From the NCBI RefSeq assembly GCF_001528665.1, contig NZ_BBYJ01000004.1, positions 310,472 through 374,471 of the forward strand: DNA of 64,000 nt, in the 5' to 3' direction. The notes under the pieces were generated by a model. It had not been told where the DNA came from, made no database searches, and saw only the letters and a list, made by a program, of their open reading frames with translations. Of this stretch, positions 41,754 to 51,706 are shown piece after piece; the stretch's first letter is position 1; every line of letters starts with the position of its first letter. Made by a program: the position numbers and the translations under genes. This DNA comes from Microtetraspora malaysiensis. Lineage in GTDB: Bacteria; Actinomycetota; Actinomycetes; Streptosporangiales; Streptosporangiaceae.

Positions 41754-42485
41754 ATGACGCACAACCGACTTCGCTACGCCGCGGGATCCGACGTCGGACG
41801 TTCCCGGAAGAAGAACGAGGACTCGTTCCACGCCGGCGAGCGACTGCTCGCCATCGCCGACGGGATGGGGGGTCACGGCCACGGAGAGGTGGCAAGCGCG
41901 GCGGCGATCTCCGCCCTCGTCCTCCTGGAAGAAGGGCCTTTCCCCGAGGACGCCGTCGCCGCCCTCGACGAGGCGGTGCAGGAGGCCAGCCGCAGGTTGC
42001 GAGATCTGGCGGTCCGAGATCCGGCCCTTGAACGGATGGGCACCACCATCACCGCGATGCTCTGGGACGGCTCCCGCTTCGCGCTGGCCCACGTGGGCGA
42101 CTCGCGGGCGTACATGCTGCGTGACGGCGCTCTGTACCAGATCACCCGTGATCACACGCTTGTCCAGTCTCTGGTGGACGACGGCCGGATGAGCCCCGAT
42201 CAGGCGGCGAAGCATCCCAACCGGTCCCTCCTGTTGCGTGCGGTGGAGACGAGCGGCCTGGCCGACCCCGACCTCTCGCTTCGCGGAGCACACCCCGGCG
42301 ACCGCTATCTGCTCTGCTCCGACGGGCTGACCGCCGTGCTCGATCCCGAGACGCTGCATCGTGTGCTCACCACGGTCGCCGATCGGGAGGAGGCCGTGCG
42401 TCACTTCATCGAGTTGGCCAACGAGGCGGGCGGCCCCGACAACATCAGCGTCATCGTCGCCGACGTCGACGCGGTTCCGGCCTGA
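41754..42485 (+). CDS. PP2C-family Ser/Thr protein phosphatase
   Basis: DVGRSRKKNEDSF...ADGMGGHGHGEVAS...DSRAYML...LLCSDGL: canonical PPM motifs. Confidence 0.85.
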   Translation: MTHNRLRYAAGSDVGRSRKKNEDSFHAGERLLAIADGMGGHGHGEVASAAAISALVLLEEGPFPEDAVAALDEAVQEASRRLRDLAVRDPALERMGTTITAMLWDGSRFALAHVGDSRAYMLRDGALYQITRDHTLVQSLVDDGRMSPDQAAKHPNRSLLLRAVETSGLADPDLSLRGAHPGDRYLLCSDGLTAVLDPETLHRVLTTVADREEAVRHFIELANEAGGPDNISVIVADVDAVPA

Positions 42486-42747
42486 CTCGTACGGCCCGGC
42501 CGGGCGAGGCAGGAGATCCGCCGAGGACGACGCGAGGCGAGATCCGGCCCGAGCTCGGCCGGCCGTCACAGCCGCGGGTGGGGCGGCTGGACCGCTCTCC
42601 GTTCTCGCCCTGGGCGCACGCACAAGCGTCACGATCTCATACGTCGGCTCCGCCTCCCACCTCCGACAGGCGACGGAGTGGCCATCAGCCTCCGATCACG
42701 AACGGAACGCACCCGCCGTCCGCCGGTCACCGGTCACCGGTCACCGG

Positions 42748-43416
42748 TCAGGGGCGGAAGCGATAGCCCATGCCGGGCTCGGTGATGAGGTGCACGGGGT
42801 GGGCGGGATCCTGCTCCAGCTTGCGGCGGAGCTGTGCCATGTACTGCCGGAGGTAGTGCGTCGCCGTCACATACGTGGCACCCCACACCTCGGTGAGCAT
42901 CTGACGCTGGCTGACCAGCTTCTCGGGGTTGCGCAGCAGGATCTCCAGCAGGTGCCACTCCGTCGGGGTGAGCCGTACGCCGCTCGAGATCGTCTTGTCG
43001 GCCAGGTTGATCGTGTGGTCGCCGATCCGCACCACCGGGGTCTCGGCCTGCTGCGCCGCCGCACGGCGTGTGGCGGCGCGGACTCGGGCGAGCAGTTCGT
43101 CGAGGCCGAACGGCTTGGTGACGTAGTCGTCAGCCCCCGCGTCGAGGGCGCTGACCGCGTCGGCGCTGCCCACCCGGCCGGTGAGCACGATGATCGGCAC
43201 CTGGCTCCACCCGCGCAGGCCGTGGATCACGTCGATGCCCTCGATGTCCGGCAGGCCCAGGTCGAGCACGACAAGGTCGGGATGCCAGTCGGCGGCCTGG
43301 CGTAGCGCGGAGCCGCCGTCCGCGGCGACCGCCACCTCGTAGTGCCGGGCGGCGAAGTTGATGCGCAGCGCGCGGAGGATCTGCGGCTCGTCGTCGACGA
43401 TGAGGATCTTGGTCAT
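42748..43416 (-). CDS. kdpE: KdpE response regulator (OmpR family)
   Basis: 222 aa; receiver domain (ILIVDDEPQILRAL...DLVVLDLGLPD) plus winged helix; immediately downstream of and overlapping kdpD (ATGA). Confidence 0.85.
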   Translation of the reverse strand: MTKILIVDDEPQILRALRINFAARHYEVAVAADGGSALRQAADWHPDLVVLDLGLPDIEGIDVIHGLRGWSQVPIIVLTGRVGSADAVSALDAGADDYVTKPFGLDELLARVRAATRRAAAQQAETPVVRIGDHTINLADKTISSGVRLTPTEWHLLEILLRNPEKLVSQRQMLTEVWGATYVTATHYLRQYMAQLRRKLEQDPAHPVHLITEPGMGYRFRP

Positions 43417-46079
43417 CGGCGCTCCGCCGCGGGCACGTCACCGGACGCGGAGGAGGCGCCGCCATCAGGCCCCGGAGTGCCATCGGGGGTGACGCCGCGT
43501 GGGGCATGTTCGTGCCCGGAGGCGTACTCGGCGACCGTGGTCCAGGCGATGGGCAGCGTGACGGTCATGGTCAGCCCTCCTCCGGGTGTCTCCTCGGGCA
43601 CCAGCGTGCCGCCCATGGCCTCGGTCAGCCCGCGCGCGAGGGCCAGCCCGAGCCCGACACCCGTGTGGTTGTCCCGGTCGCCGAGGCGCTGGAAGGGCAG
43701 GAAGACGCGGTCGTGCGCCTCAGAGGGGATGCCGGGGCCGCGATCGATGACTCTGATCTCCACGAGGCTACCGTGCCTGCTGGCGTTGATCAGCACCTTC
43801 TCCTCCGGGGGGTTGTAACGCACGGCGTTGGCGATCAGGTTGGCCAGCACGCGTTCCAGCAGGGCGGGGTCGGCGGTGATCTCGGGCAACTCGACCGAGA
43901 TGTCCGCGTCGACGCGGTCCCAGAGCGGCCCGAGATCGTCGATCGCCCGAGGCACGATGTCCTCCAGGGCGGTCGGCCGCAGCGCGATCCCGAGCGCGCC
44001 CGCCTGGAGGCGGCTCATGTCGAGCAGGTTCGCCACCAGCCGGTCCAGCTTGAGCAGGGACTCGTCGGCGGTGGCCAGCAGCTCGGCGCGGTCCTCGTCG
44101 GTCCAGTCGATCTCGGTGTTGCGCAGGCTCTCGACCGCGGCCTTAGCCGAGGCGAGCGGGGTGCGCAGGTCGTGGCTGACCGCGGCGAGCAGGGCGGTGC
44201 GCATCTTGTTCGCCTCGGCGAGCGGCCGGGCCTGCTCGGCCTCCTCCTCCAGCCGCTCCTGCCGCAGCGCGATGGCGGCCTCCGCCGCGAACGCCTCCAG
44301 GACCCTGCGGTCGGACGCGTCCAGCAGCCGGCCACGCGCGACGAGCACCAGGTCGTCGTCGATGACCACGTCGGTGTCGGCCGTACCGGGGCAGGCGCAC
44401 GGCGGGCCTCCGGTGGTGGCGACGATGCGCCAGGCGTCCGGGTCGGACTGGTCCCCCGCAGCCGGCTGCCGGCCGCCGCGGCGTTCAAGGAGGGTGACCG
44501 AGGTCAGTCCGAACGTCTCCCGGAGCCGGCCGAGCAGGGACGGCAGGGCCGCCTCTCCGCGCAGCACGTGCCCGGCGAGCGTGGAGAGCACCTCGGCGTC
44601 CGCGCTCGCTCGGGCCGCCTCTCTCGTACGGCGGGCCGCGACGTCCACGACGGCGCTGACCATGGCCGCGACCAGCACATAAATCGCCAGCGCGAGCAGG
44701 TTCTCCGGGCTGGAGATCGTCCAGGTGTAGACGGGCGGCGTGAAGTACCAGTTGAGCAGGGCGAACCCGACCACGGCCGCGGTGATCGCCGGCCACATGC
44801 CGCCGACGAGCGCCACCACGACCACCATGAGCAGGAAGAGCAGGATCTCGCTCGGGAGGGTCAGCTCCTCGCGGAACGGCACCAGCAGGGCGCTCAGCGC
44901 GGGAATGCCGAGCCCGGCGAGGGCCCAGCCCGCCACCCGCCGCCTGCGGGTGAGGGCGGCCCGCGACCGCGCGCCCCTGGTCCTGCCCTTGCTGATCTCC
45001 TCGTGCGTCACCATGTGGACGTCGATGGAGCCGGACAGGGCGGTGGTGGTGACGCCGACGCCGCGGGAGAACAGCTGCGCCAGCCGTCCGCGCCGGGACG
45101 CGCCGAGCACGAGCTGGGTGGCGTTGACCCCGCGCGCGAAGTCGAGCAGCGCGCGCGGGACGTCGTCGCCGACGACCTGGTGGTAGGTGCCGCCGACGCT
45201 CTCGACCAGCGCCCGCTGCCTGGCCAGGCTCGCCGGGTCCTGCCCGGCCAGCCCGTCGGCCCTCGTGACGTGTACGGCGAGCAGGTCGGCGCCCTTGCTC
45301 CTGGCGGCGATGCGGGTGGCCCGGCGCACCAGGGTGTCGCCTTCGGGACCGCCGGTCAGCGCGACGACGACGCGTTCGCGGGCCTCCCATGTCCCGGCGA
45401 TGCCGTGTTCGGCGCGGTAGCGGTCGAGTTGCTCGTCGACCTTTCCGGCGACCCAGAGCAGGGCCAGCTCCCGCAGCGCGGTCAGGTTGCCGACCCGGAA
45501 GTAGTTCGACAGGGCGGCGTCGACCTTCTCCGGCGGGTAGACGTTTCCGTGCGCCATCCTGCGGCGCAGCGCCTCGGGCGACATGTCGACCAGCTCGATC
45601 TGGTCGGCCCGCCGTACGACCTCGTCGGGGACGGTCTCGCGCTGGGGGATGCCGGTGATCTCCTGGACCACGTCGTTGAGCGACTCCAGGTGCTGGATGT
45701 TGACGGTGGAGACGACGTCGATCCCGGCGTCGAGGATCTCGTCGATGTCCTGCCAGCGCTTGGCGGTGCGCGAGCCGGGCACGTTGGTGTGGGCGAGCTC
45801 GTCGACCAGGACCACGCGGGGACGGCGGGCGATGACGGCGTCCACGTCGAGTTCGGTGAGGGTCATCCCCCGGTAGACGAGGGCCTTCCTGGGGACGATC
45901 TCCATGCCGTCGAGCAGTTCGGCCGTGCGGGCGCGGCCGTGCGTCTCGACGAGCCCGACGACCACGTCCCGGCCCCGCTCCTGCGCCCTGCGGCCCTCGC
46001 CGAGCATCGCGAAGGTCTTGCCGACTCCGGGAGCGGCGCCGAGGTAGATCCGGAGCCGCCCACGCGCCATGTGCCTCAT
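43413..46079 (-). CDS. kdpD: KdpD osmosensitive K+ channel sensor histidine kinase
   Basis: N-terminal KdpD domain with P-loop GAAPGVGKTFAML, Usp domain, 4 TM, GAF-like region, HisKA (SHDLRTPL) and HATPase (DRGPGIP, GLGLALA). Confidence 0.9.
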   Translation of the reverse strand: MRHMARGRLRIYLGAAPGVGKTFAMLGEGRRAQERGRDVVVGLVETHGRARTAELLDGMEIVPRKALVYRGMTLTELDVDAVIARRPRVVLVDELAHTNVPGSRTAKRWQDIDEILDAGIDVVSTVNIQHLESLNDVVQEITGIPQRETVPDEVVRRADQIELVDMSPEALRRRMAHGNVYPPEKVDAALSNYFRVGNLTALRELALLWVAGKVDEQLDRYRAEHGIAGTWEARERVVVALTGGPEGDTLVRRATRIAARSKGADLLAVHVTRADGLAGQDPASLARQRALVESVGGTYHQVVGDDVPRALLDFARGVNATQLVLGASRRGRLAQLFSRGVGVTTTALSGSIDVHMVTHEEISKGRTRGARSRAALTRRRRVAGWALAGLGIPALSALLVPFREELTLPSEILLFLLMVVVVALVGGMWPAITAAVVGFALLNWYFTPPVYTWTISSPENLLALAIYVLVAAMVSAVVDVAARRTREAARASADAEVLSTLAGHVLRGEAALPSLLGRLRETFGLTSVTLLERRGGRQPAAGDQSDPDAWRIVATTGGPPCACPGTADTDVVIDDDLVLVARGRLLDASDRRVLEAFAAEAAIALRQERLEEEAEQARPLAEANKMRTALLAAVSHDLRTPLASAKAAVESLRNTEIDWTDEDRAELLATADESLLKLDRLVANLLDMSRLQAGALGIALRPTALEDIVPRAIDDLGPLWDRVDADISVELPEITADPALLERVLANLIANAVRYNPPEEKVLINASRHGSLVEIRVIDRGPGIPSEAHDRVFLPFQRLGDRDNHTGVGLGLALARGLTEAMGGTLVPEETPGGGLTMTVTLPIAWTTVAEYASGHEHAPRGVTPDGTPGPDGGASSASGDVPAAERR

Positions 46080-46332
46080 CTCCTTACGCCTTCAGAACCA
46101 GGTTAGGTCGCGGCGGGTCACCGCCTGGTTCGCCCTGGCGGCGGGCGCGGCCGGTCGCGGGCAGCGCCACTCAGCGCGAACCGAATCGCGCCGCACGGCC
46201 CGTACCGCACCACCCTCACCGACTGCCCCTATCAGGAAATCGCGATATTTGCGGCTTTTCGGGGATCTTGATGCTTTATATACGTTCCTCGAGAGAAAGT
46301 TGATGACTTTCCTACGGCCGGCAACCCATGGA

Positions 46333-48261
46333 TCAGCCCACGTGGACATGGGGGCGGCGCGCCGGGTCCGGTTCGGCTTCGCGCAGCACCTCGCGGGTCA
46401 TCCCGGGCACGTCACCGCCGCCGAAGACCAGATAGCGCAGCATCGCGACCACCGGATTCCCCTCACCCCAATGGAAGTAGATGTTCGGCACCTCGCCGGT
46501 GCGGTCGCGGATGTACAGCAGGAGCGCGGCCAGGGCGTTCGGCACCGTGGCGCTCTCGATGCGGAGGATCCGGTGGCCGTAGCGCACGTCCCCCCTGACC
46601 CGCAGCTCGCTGCGGAACTGGGACGCGTCCTGCACGGTGACCTCGACGAACATGACCGGCTCCGAGCTGCGCAGCCGGTGCGTGTACCACTGCTCACGGA
46701 GCTTGGCGTTGTATTCCGCCTGGTCGCGGCGGCGCGGGTCGTTCGCGATCAGATGGATCTCGCCGGTGGACTCGGCGATGAACTCCTGGGCGAGCGTGTC
46801 GAGACGCACGTCGGACACCCGCAGCTCGGTGGAGCGGGTGGCCCGCGAGATCAGCGACATCACGATGATCGCCGCGATGAACAGCGCCCCGATCTTCACG
46901 CCCTCGGGGCGCCCGCGGATGTTGTCCGCCAGCGTGTACGCGAGGACCAGGGTGATCAGCCCGAAGACCCGGGTGCGGCCGTGCCGTCCGGCCCGGTAGG
47001 CGTCCACGGTGACGGCAACGCCGGCGGACAGGAACAGCACCAGAACGCCGGTGGCGTACGCGCCTCCCTGGGCGTCCACACTGGCGCCGAAGGCGAGCGT
47101 GATGGCGAACGAGACGACCGTGAAGACGAGGACCAGCGGGCGCACGGCGCGGGTCCAGTCGGGGGCCATGCCGTACCTGGGCAGGTAGCGCGGCACGAGG
47201 TTGATCAGGCCGGCCAGCGCGGAGGCGCCGGCGAACCACAGGATGCCGATGGTGCTGACGTCGTACAGCGTGCCGAAGCCGTTGCCGAGGTAGGCGTGCG
47301 CCAGGTAGGCCAGGGCTCGGCCGTTGGCCTTGCCGCCGGGCTGGAACTCCTTCTCCGGGATCAGGATGATCGTGGCGAAGCTGCTGCAGATGAGGAACAC
47401 GCTCATGATCAGTGCGGCGGTGGTCAGCAGCCGCTTGGCGTCGCGGACGCGTACCGGCAGGTCGCCCTTGATGAGCGGCATCACCGCCACGCCCGTCTCG
47501 AATCCGGACAGACCGAGCGCCAGCCGGGGCATCACCAGCAGCGACACGCCGAGCAGGCCCAGCGGACTGGCGTGTTGCACGGTGAGCATCCGCTCCCAGT
47601 CCACGATCAGGCCGGGATGCGCCAGGATGTACAGGATCGTCCGCACGACCACGACGGCGTTCAGGACCAGGTAGACACCGACCACCAGTACGGCGACGCC
47701 GATGGCCTCGGTGAAGCCCATCAGGAACACGGCGGAGAGCAGGGCCAGCAGGAAGATCGTGACCGCGACCTGCTGGCCGGAGAGCGCACGCGGGACGAAG
47801 GGGTTCTCCAGGATGTGCGCGGACGCGTCGGCCGCCGACAGCGTGATCGTGATGACGAAGTCGGTGGCCGCGAAACCCAGCAGAACCAGCACGACCAGCT
47901 TGCCCCACCAGCGCGGCGCGAGCCCTTCCAGCATCGCGATGGAGCCCTGGCCGTACGGGCTCTCGACGGCCACCCGGCGGTAGACGGGCAGCGCGCCGAG
48001 CAGCGTCAGCAGCACGAGCAGGATGGTGGCCACCGGGGAGACGCTCCCGGCCGCCAGTGCGGCGATGCCGGGCTGGTAACCGAGGCTGGAGAAGTAGTCC
48101 ACCCCCGTGAGGCACATGACGCGCCACCAGGAGTACTGCTTCTCCGGGGATTGCGAGCCGTGCGGCCCCAGGGCCCGCAGATCCTCCTGCTGGAGACCCT
48201 CCATCAGCCATGCGCGAAGCGGCCCCCTACGCGCCACCTCACGCCGTGCCGACCCGGCCAA
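46333..48261 (-). CDS. APC-superfamily permease with C-terminal cytoplasmic domain (start uncertain)
   Basis: About 12 predicted TM helices with APC-type glycine-rich TM1/TM6 regions, about 200-aa soluble tail; N-terminal about 40 aa of the ORF may not be translated. Confidence 0.6.
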   Translation of the reverse strand: MAGSARREVARRGPLRAWLMEGLQQEDLRALGPHGSQSPEKQYSWWRVMCLTGVDYFSSLGYQPGIAALAAGSVSPVATILLVLLTLLGALPVYRRVAVESPYGQGSIAMLEGLAPRWWGKLVVLVLLGFAATDFVITITLSAADASAHILENPFVPRALSGQQVAVTIFLLALLSAVFLMGFTEAIGVAVLVVGVYLVLNAVVVVRTILYILAHPGLIVDWERMLTVQHASPLGLLGVSLLVMPRLALGLSGFETGVAVMPLIKGDLPVRVRDAKRLLTTAALIMSVFLICSSFATIILIPEKEFQPGGKANGRALAYLAHAYLGNGFGTLYDVSTIGILWFAGASALAGLINLVPRYLPRYGMAPDWTRAVRPLVLVFTVVSFAITLAFGASVDAQGGAYATGVLVLFLSAGVAVTVDAYRAGRHGRTRVFGLITLVLAYTLADNIRGRPEGVKIGALFIAAIIVMSLISRATRSTELRVSDVRLDTLAQEFIAESTGEIHLIANDPRRRDQAEYNAKLREQWYTHRLRSSEPVMFVEVTVQDASQFRSELRVRGDVRYGHRILRIESATVPNALAALLLYIRDRTGEVPNIYFHWGEGNPVVAMLRYLVFGGGDVPGMTREVLREAEPDPARRPHVHVG

Positions 48262-48481
48262 CCGGTCACCCCCGCAGCACCGCCGATCGAACCCGCACGC
48301 GCCCGTACGGCCCGGCCGGGACGGCGCCGATCAGACGTCGCCGGGGGGCGGATCCAGCCTTCAACGGGCGACGGACGTCGCGCGGGAAGACGCGTGTGGA
48401 CAACACGCCTGATCTCGCATACCCGGGCGACGGCCGGTCGAACCGCGCCGGCCGTCCCGCCCGGACCGGCACCATCGAGTG

Positions 48482-49408
48482 TCAGGATCCGGGCGGACGA
48501 CGAGCGGCGGCGCCGCGCGCGGCGAGGGTGAGCAGCGACCGCGCCGGACCGTCCAGCCGCCGCCCCTCGATCCAGACGGCCCGCAGCTTCCGCTGGAGAT
48601 CGACACCTTCGGGAGCGACGGCCACCAGCCTGCCCTCGGCCAGTTCGTCGCCGACGGCGAGCTCGCTGAGCACGGCCGGGCCCGCGCCGGAGGCGAGCGC
48701 CACCTTCACCGCGGAGTTCGACCCGAGTTCCAGGAGCGGCTCGGCGAGCGGCCCGTAGCGCGCCATCACCGTCTCGAACGTGATCCGCGTGCCCGATCCG
48801 GGCTCCCGGACGATCAGGGGCGTGGCCGCCAGCTCGCGGGGACGCAGCGGCGTACGGCGGCGGGCCCACGGGTGCCGGGGCGAGACCACGACCACCAGGC
48901 GGTCCCGGCCCACCAGCCGGGAGGCGAGGCCGACCGGCAGCGAGGGCCCCTCGACGAAGCCGACCTCGGCCTCGCCGGAGAGCACGAGTTCGGCGACCCG
49001 GGCCGAGTTCACGACCTGCAGGCCCACGGTGACGTCCGGCTCCATCGGGCGAAGGGCGATGAGCCAGCCCGGAACGAGATATTCGGCGACGGTCATGCTC
49101 GCCGCCACCGGGAGGGCGGCGCCGCGCTCGCGCCGCATCGCCGTGACACCGGTCATCAGGGCGTCGGCCGCGGCGAGCACCTCACGCGCCCAGTCGACCA
49201 CCATCTGGCCCTCGGCGGTCAGCCGCGAGCCGATGGGCAGGCGCTGGAGCACCGGCACGCCGAGCCGCCGCTCCAGGGTCCGCAGGCGGCTGCTCGCCGA
49301 CGGCTGGGAGATGCCGAGCTGGCGGGCGGCGCGGCCGACCCCTCCGAGCTCGCTCACCGTGACCAGCAGGGCGAGCGCCTCAAGATCGGGCCAGTTGTTC
49401 AGCCTCAT
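48482..49408 (-). CDS. LysR-family transcriptional regulator
   Basis: HTH LALLVTVSELGGVGRAARQLGISQPSASSRLRTLERRLG; divergent from YeiH-like gene (classic yeiE/yeiH arrangement). Confidence 0.8.
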   Translation of the reverse strand: MRLNNWPDLEALALLVTVSELGGVGRAARQLGISQPSASSRLRTLERRLGVPVLQRLPIGSRLTAEGQMVVDWAREVLAAADALMTGVTAMRRERGAALPVAASMTVAEYLVPGWLIALRPMEPDVTVGLQVVNSARVAELVLSGEAEVGFVEGPSLPVGLASRLVGRDRLVVVVSPRHPWARRRTPLRPRELAATPLIVREPGSGTRITFETVMARYGPLAEPLLELGSNSAVKVALASGAGPAVLSELAVGDELAEGRLVAVAPEGVDLQRKLRAVWIEGRRLDGPARSLLTLAARGAAARRPPGS

Positions 49409-49499
49409 AGAAACATCCTATGGACCCGTCGCCATCTCACGGCTAGCGAGCGGCCACCCGCCGCGGAAGCGTGGTGAGCACAACAAGAGTGGAGGAAAG

Positions 49500-50516
49500 T
49501 TGCTCACCGATGAACCGGCGGCGCCTCGGGCGCTCGGCTCGCGGCTTGTCCCGCTGTTGCCGGGGCTCGCGCTCACCGTCGCCGCAGTCGTGCTCGCCGT
49601 ACTGATCAACCGGCTCGTCCCCGCGATCGGGCCCCTCACCGGCGCCATCCTGCTCGGAGTGGTCGCGGCCAACACCGGGCTGGTCCGGCCGAGCGCCCGC
49701 GCCGGCACGGGCTTCGCCGCCAAGCGGATCCTGCGCGCCGGGGTGGTTCTGCTCGGCCTCCAACTGGCGGTCTCGGACGTGCTCGGGCTGGGCGGGCCGA
49801 TGCTCGGCGCGGTCGTCGTCAGCACCCTCGCAACGTTCTTCGGCACCCGCTGGCTGGGCCGCCGGATGGGCGTGCCGCCCGGCCAGTCGCTGCTCATCGC
49901 CACGGGCACGGCCGTCTGCGGCGCGTCGGCGATCGCCGCGATGAACAGCGTCTCCGGCACCGACGAGGAGGACGTGGCGACCGGCATCGGCCTGGTGACG
50001 ATCTGCGGCACGCTCGCGATCTTCCTGCTGCCTCTCCTCCAGGGGCCGCTCGGCCTCGATCCGAATACGTTCGGGGCCTGGGCCGGGGCGAGCGTCCACG
50101 AGGTCTCCCAGGTGGTCGCGACGGCCGCGGGCGTCCCCGGCGCCATGGGCGCCGCCGTGATCGTCAAGCTGACCAGGGTCGCGCTGCTGGCTCCCCTCCT
50201 GGCGGGCGTGGGGATCGCGCGCCGCCGGGCGGGCACCGCCGTCGAGGGTGGCGCGCGCCCGCCGATCGTGCCGCTGTTCGTGGTCGGCTTCCTCGCCATG
50301 GTCGCTGTACGGAGCACCGGCCTGCTGCCTCCTGCGGCCCTCGACGCGATCAAGACGCTCGACACGTGGCTGCTCGCGGCGGCGATGTTCGGCCTGGGCA
50401 CCGGCGTCCACCTGGCCTCGCTGCGGCGTACCGGACCGCGGGCGCTCGTGCTCGGGTTCGCCTCATCTCTGCTCATCGGTGTGCTCGCCTACGCCGGAGT
50501 GCAGATCGCCCTCTGA
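49500..50516 (+). CDS. YeiH/UPF0324-family inner-membrane protein (putative sulfate exporter family)
   Basis: TTG start with ribosome-binding site GGAGGA; about 10 TM, conserved GLGLVTICGT / NTFGAWAGASVHEVSQVVA regions. Confidence 0.65.
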   Translation: MLTDEPAAPRALGSRLVPLLPGLALTVAAVVLAVLINRLVPAIGPLTGAILLGVVAANTGLVRPSARAGTGFAAKRILRAGVVLLGLQLAVSDVLGLGGPMLGAVVVSTLATFFGTRWLGRRMGVPPGQSLLIATGTAVCGASAIAAMNSVSGTDEEDVATGIGLVTICGTLAIFLLPLLQGPLGLDPNTFGAWAGASVHEVSQVVATAAGVPGAMGAAVIVKLTRVALLAPLLAGVGIARRRAGTAVEGGARPPIVPLFVVGFLAMVAVRSTGLLPPAALDAIKTLDTWLLAAAMFGLGTGVHLASLRRTGPRALVLGFASSLLIGVLAYAGVQIAL

Positions 50517-50683
50517 ACGGGACACCACGACCTCGTGCCGGTGGCCGGCGTCCGTTGGCCACCGGCGCCGGAGCGTACGAGCCGGAGCACGGGAGAGCCC
50601 CGTTCGCCCGGCTCACTCCGGGATCAAGAAGGGCCCTCCGCCCCTCGACAACGATCTGGAGATGAGGTAACGAAGGCGTTTAC

Positions 50684-50710
50684 TGTTAAGAAACTTTCCT
50701 TTATGTTAAG
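50684..50710. promoter_or_regulatory. Direct repeat TGTTAAG x2 spaced 20 bp, flanked by inverted GGTAAC/GTTACC, in AT-rich promoter of the LPMO gene
   Basis: Read directly from ttactGTTAAGaaactttcctttatGTTAAGggttacc. Confidence 0.35.
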
Positions 50711-50739
50711 GGTTACCCCCCAGCATGAAGGAGTGTGAC

Positions 50740-51483
50740 ATGCGCAAAGCAGTCATCTTCCTCTCGTCGGCGATCGTCGCCGCCGGGAGCACGCTCTTCC
50801 TCGCCTCCCCCGCCCTGGCCCACGGCTACGTGTCGTCGCCGCCCAGCAGGCAGGCCATGTGCGCCGAGGGTCGCGTCGCGAACTGCGGCGAGATCATCTA
50901 CGAGCCGCAGAGCGTGGAGGGCCCCAAGGGCCTACGGTCGTGCAGCGGCGGAAACGCCCGCTTCGCCCAGCTCGACGACGAGAGCAAGGCGTGGCCGACC
51001 ACCCGCGTGGGGAACAGCGTTCAGTTCAACTGGGTGCTGACCGCCCGCCACGCCACGAGCACGTGGGAGTACTACATCGGCGGCACCCGCGTCGCGGTGT
51101 TCGACGACGGGGGCCGCCAGCCGGGCGCCACGGTCACCCACAACGTGAACCTCGGTGGCCGGACCGGCAGGCAGAAGGTCCTCGCCATCTGGAACATCGC
51201 CGACACCCCGAACGCCTTCTACTCCTGCATCGACCTGCAGGTGGGCGACGGCCCCGACCCCAGCCCCAGCCCCAGCCCCACGGTGAGCCCGAGCCAGAGC
51301 CCCAGCCCGAGCCCGTCGACGAGCCCGACCACACCGGCGGGCACCTGGGCGGCCGGCACCGCGTACAAGGCGGGTGACCAGGTCACCTACGGCGGCGCGA
51401 GCTACCGCTGCCTCCAGGCGCACACCGCTCTCACCGGGTGGGAGCCGCCGAACACCCCGGCGCTCTGGCAGCGGCTGGGCTGA
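50740..51483 (+). CDS. Lytic polysaccharide monooxygenase (AA10) with C-terminal CBM5/12 chitin-binding domain
   Basis: Ribosome-binding site GAAGGAG before ATG 50740; signal peptide ends ALA / HGYVSSPPSRQ (N-terminal His of the copper histidine brace); PSPSPS linker; CBM5/12 (WAAGTAYKAGDQVTYGGASYRCLQAHTALTGWEPPNTPALWQRLG). Confidence 0.85.
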   Translation: MRKAVIFLSSAIVAAGSTLFLASPALAHGYVSSPPSRQAMCAEGRVANCGEIIYEPQSVEGPKGLRSCSGGNARFAQLDDESKAWPTTRVGNSVQFNWVLTARHATSTWEYYIGGTRVAVFDDGGRQPGATVTHNVNLGGRTGRQKVLAIWNIADTPNAFYSCIDLQVGDGPDPSPSPSPTVSPSQSPSPSPSTSPTTPAGTWAAGTAYKAGDQVTYGGASYRCLQAHTALTGWEPPNTPALWQRLG

Positions 51484-51490
51484 CCCCTCG

Positions 51491-51525
51491 CCGGTCCCCG
51501 CGTCCGAACGCGGCACGGGGACCGG
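51491..51525 (+). terminator. Intrinsic terminator hairpin after LPMO gene
   Basis: 10-bp perfect stem ccggtccccg / cggggaccgg, 15-nt loop, followed by tctctcgcccttt. Confidence 0.55.
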
Positions 51526-51706
51526 TCTCTCGCCCTTTAACACCGCGTCCTTGGCATCCGAGCAACCACCGAGCGACCGACCCACCCCCATTGCTCGAAT
51601 GACCCTGATCAATCGTGCTCAGGCTGCATGGGCTTCGAACCACAGAGAACCGAGATCATCGCTGTGGGCTTGCGCACGGCTTTCCAGCACGGCGACGATC
51701 ACAGAC

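Noticed and set aside
46080-46332. Intergenic region upstream of kdpD, searched for a KdpF-like small hydrophobic ORF.
   Set aside because: No short hydrophobic ORF with a ribosome-binding site was found; the region looks like plain promoter/spacer.
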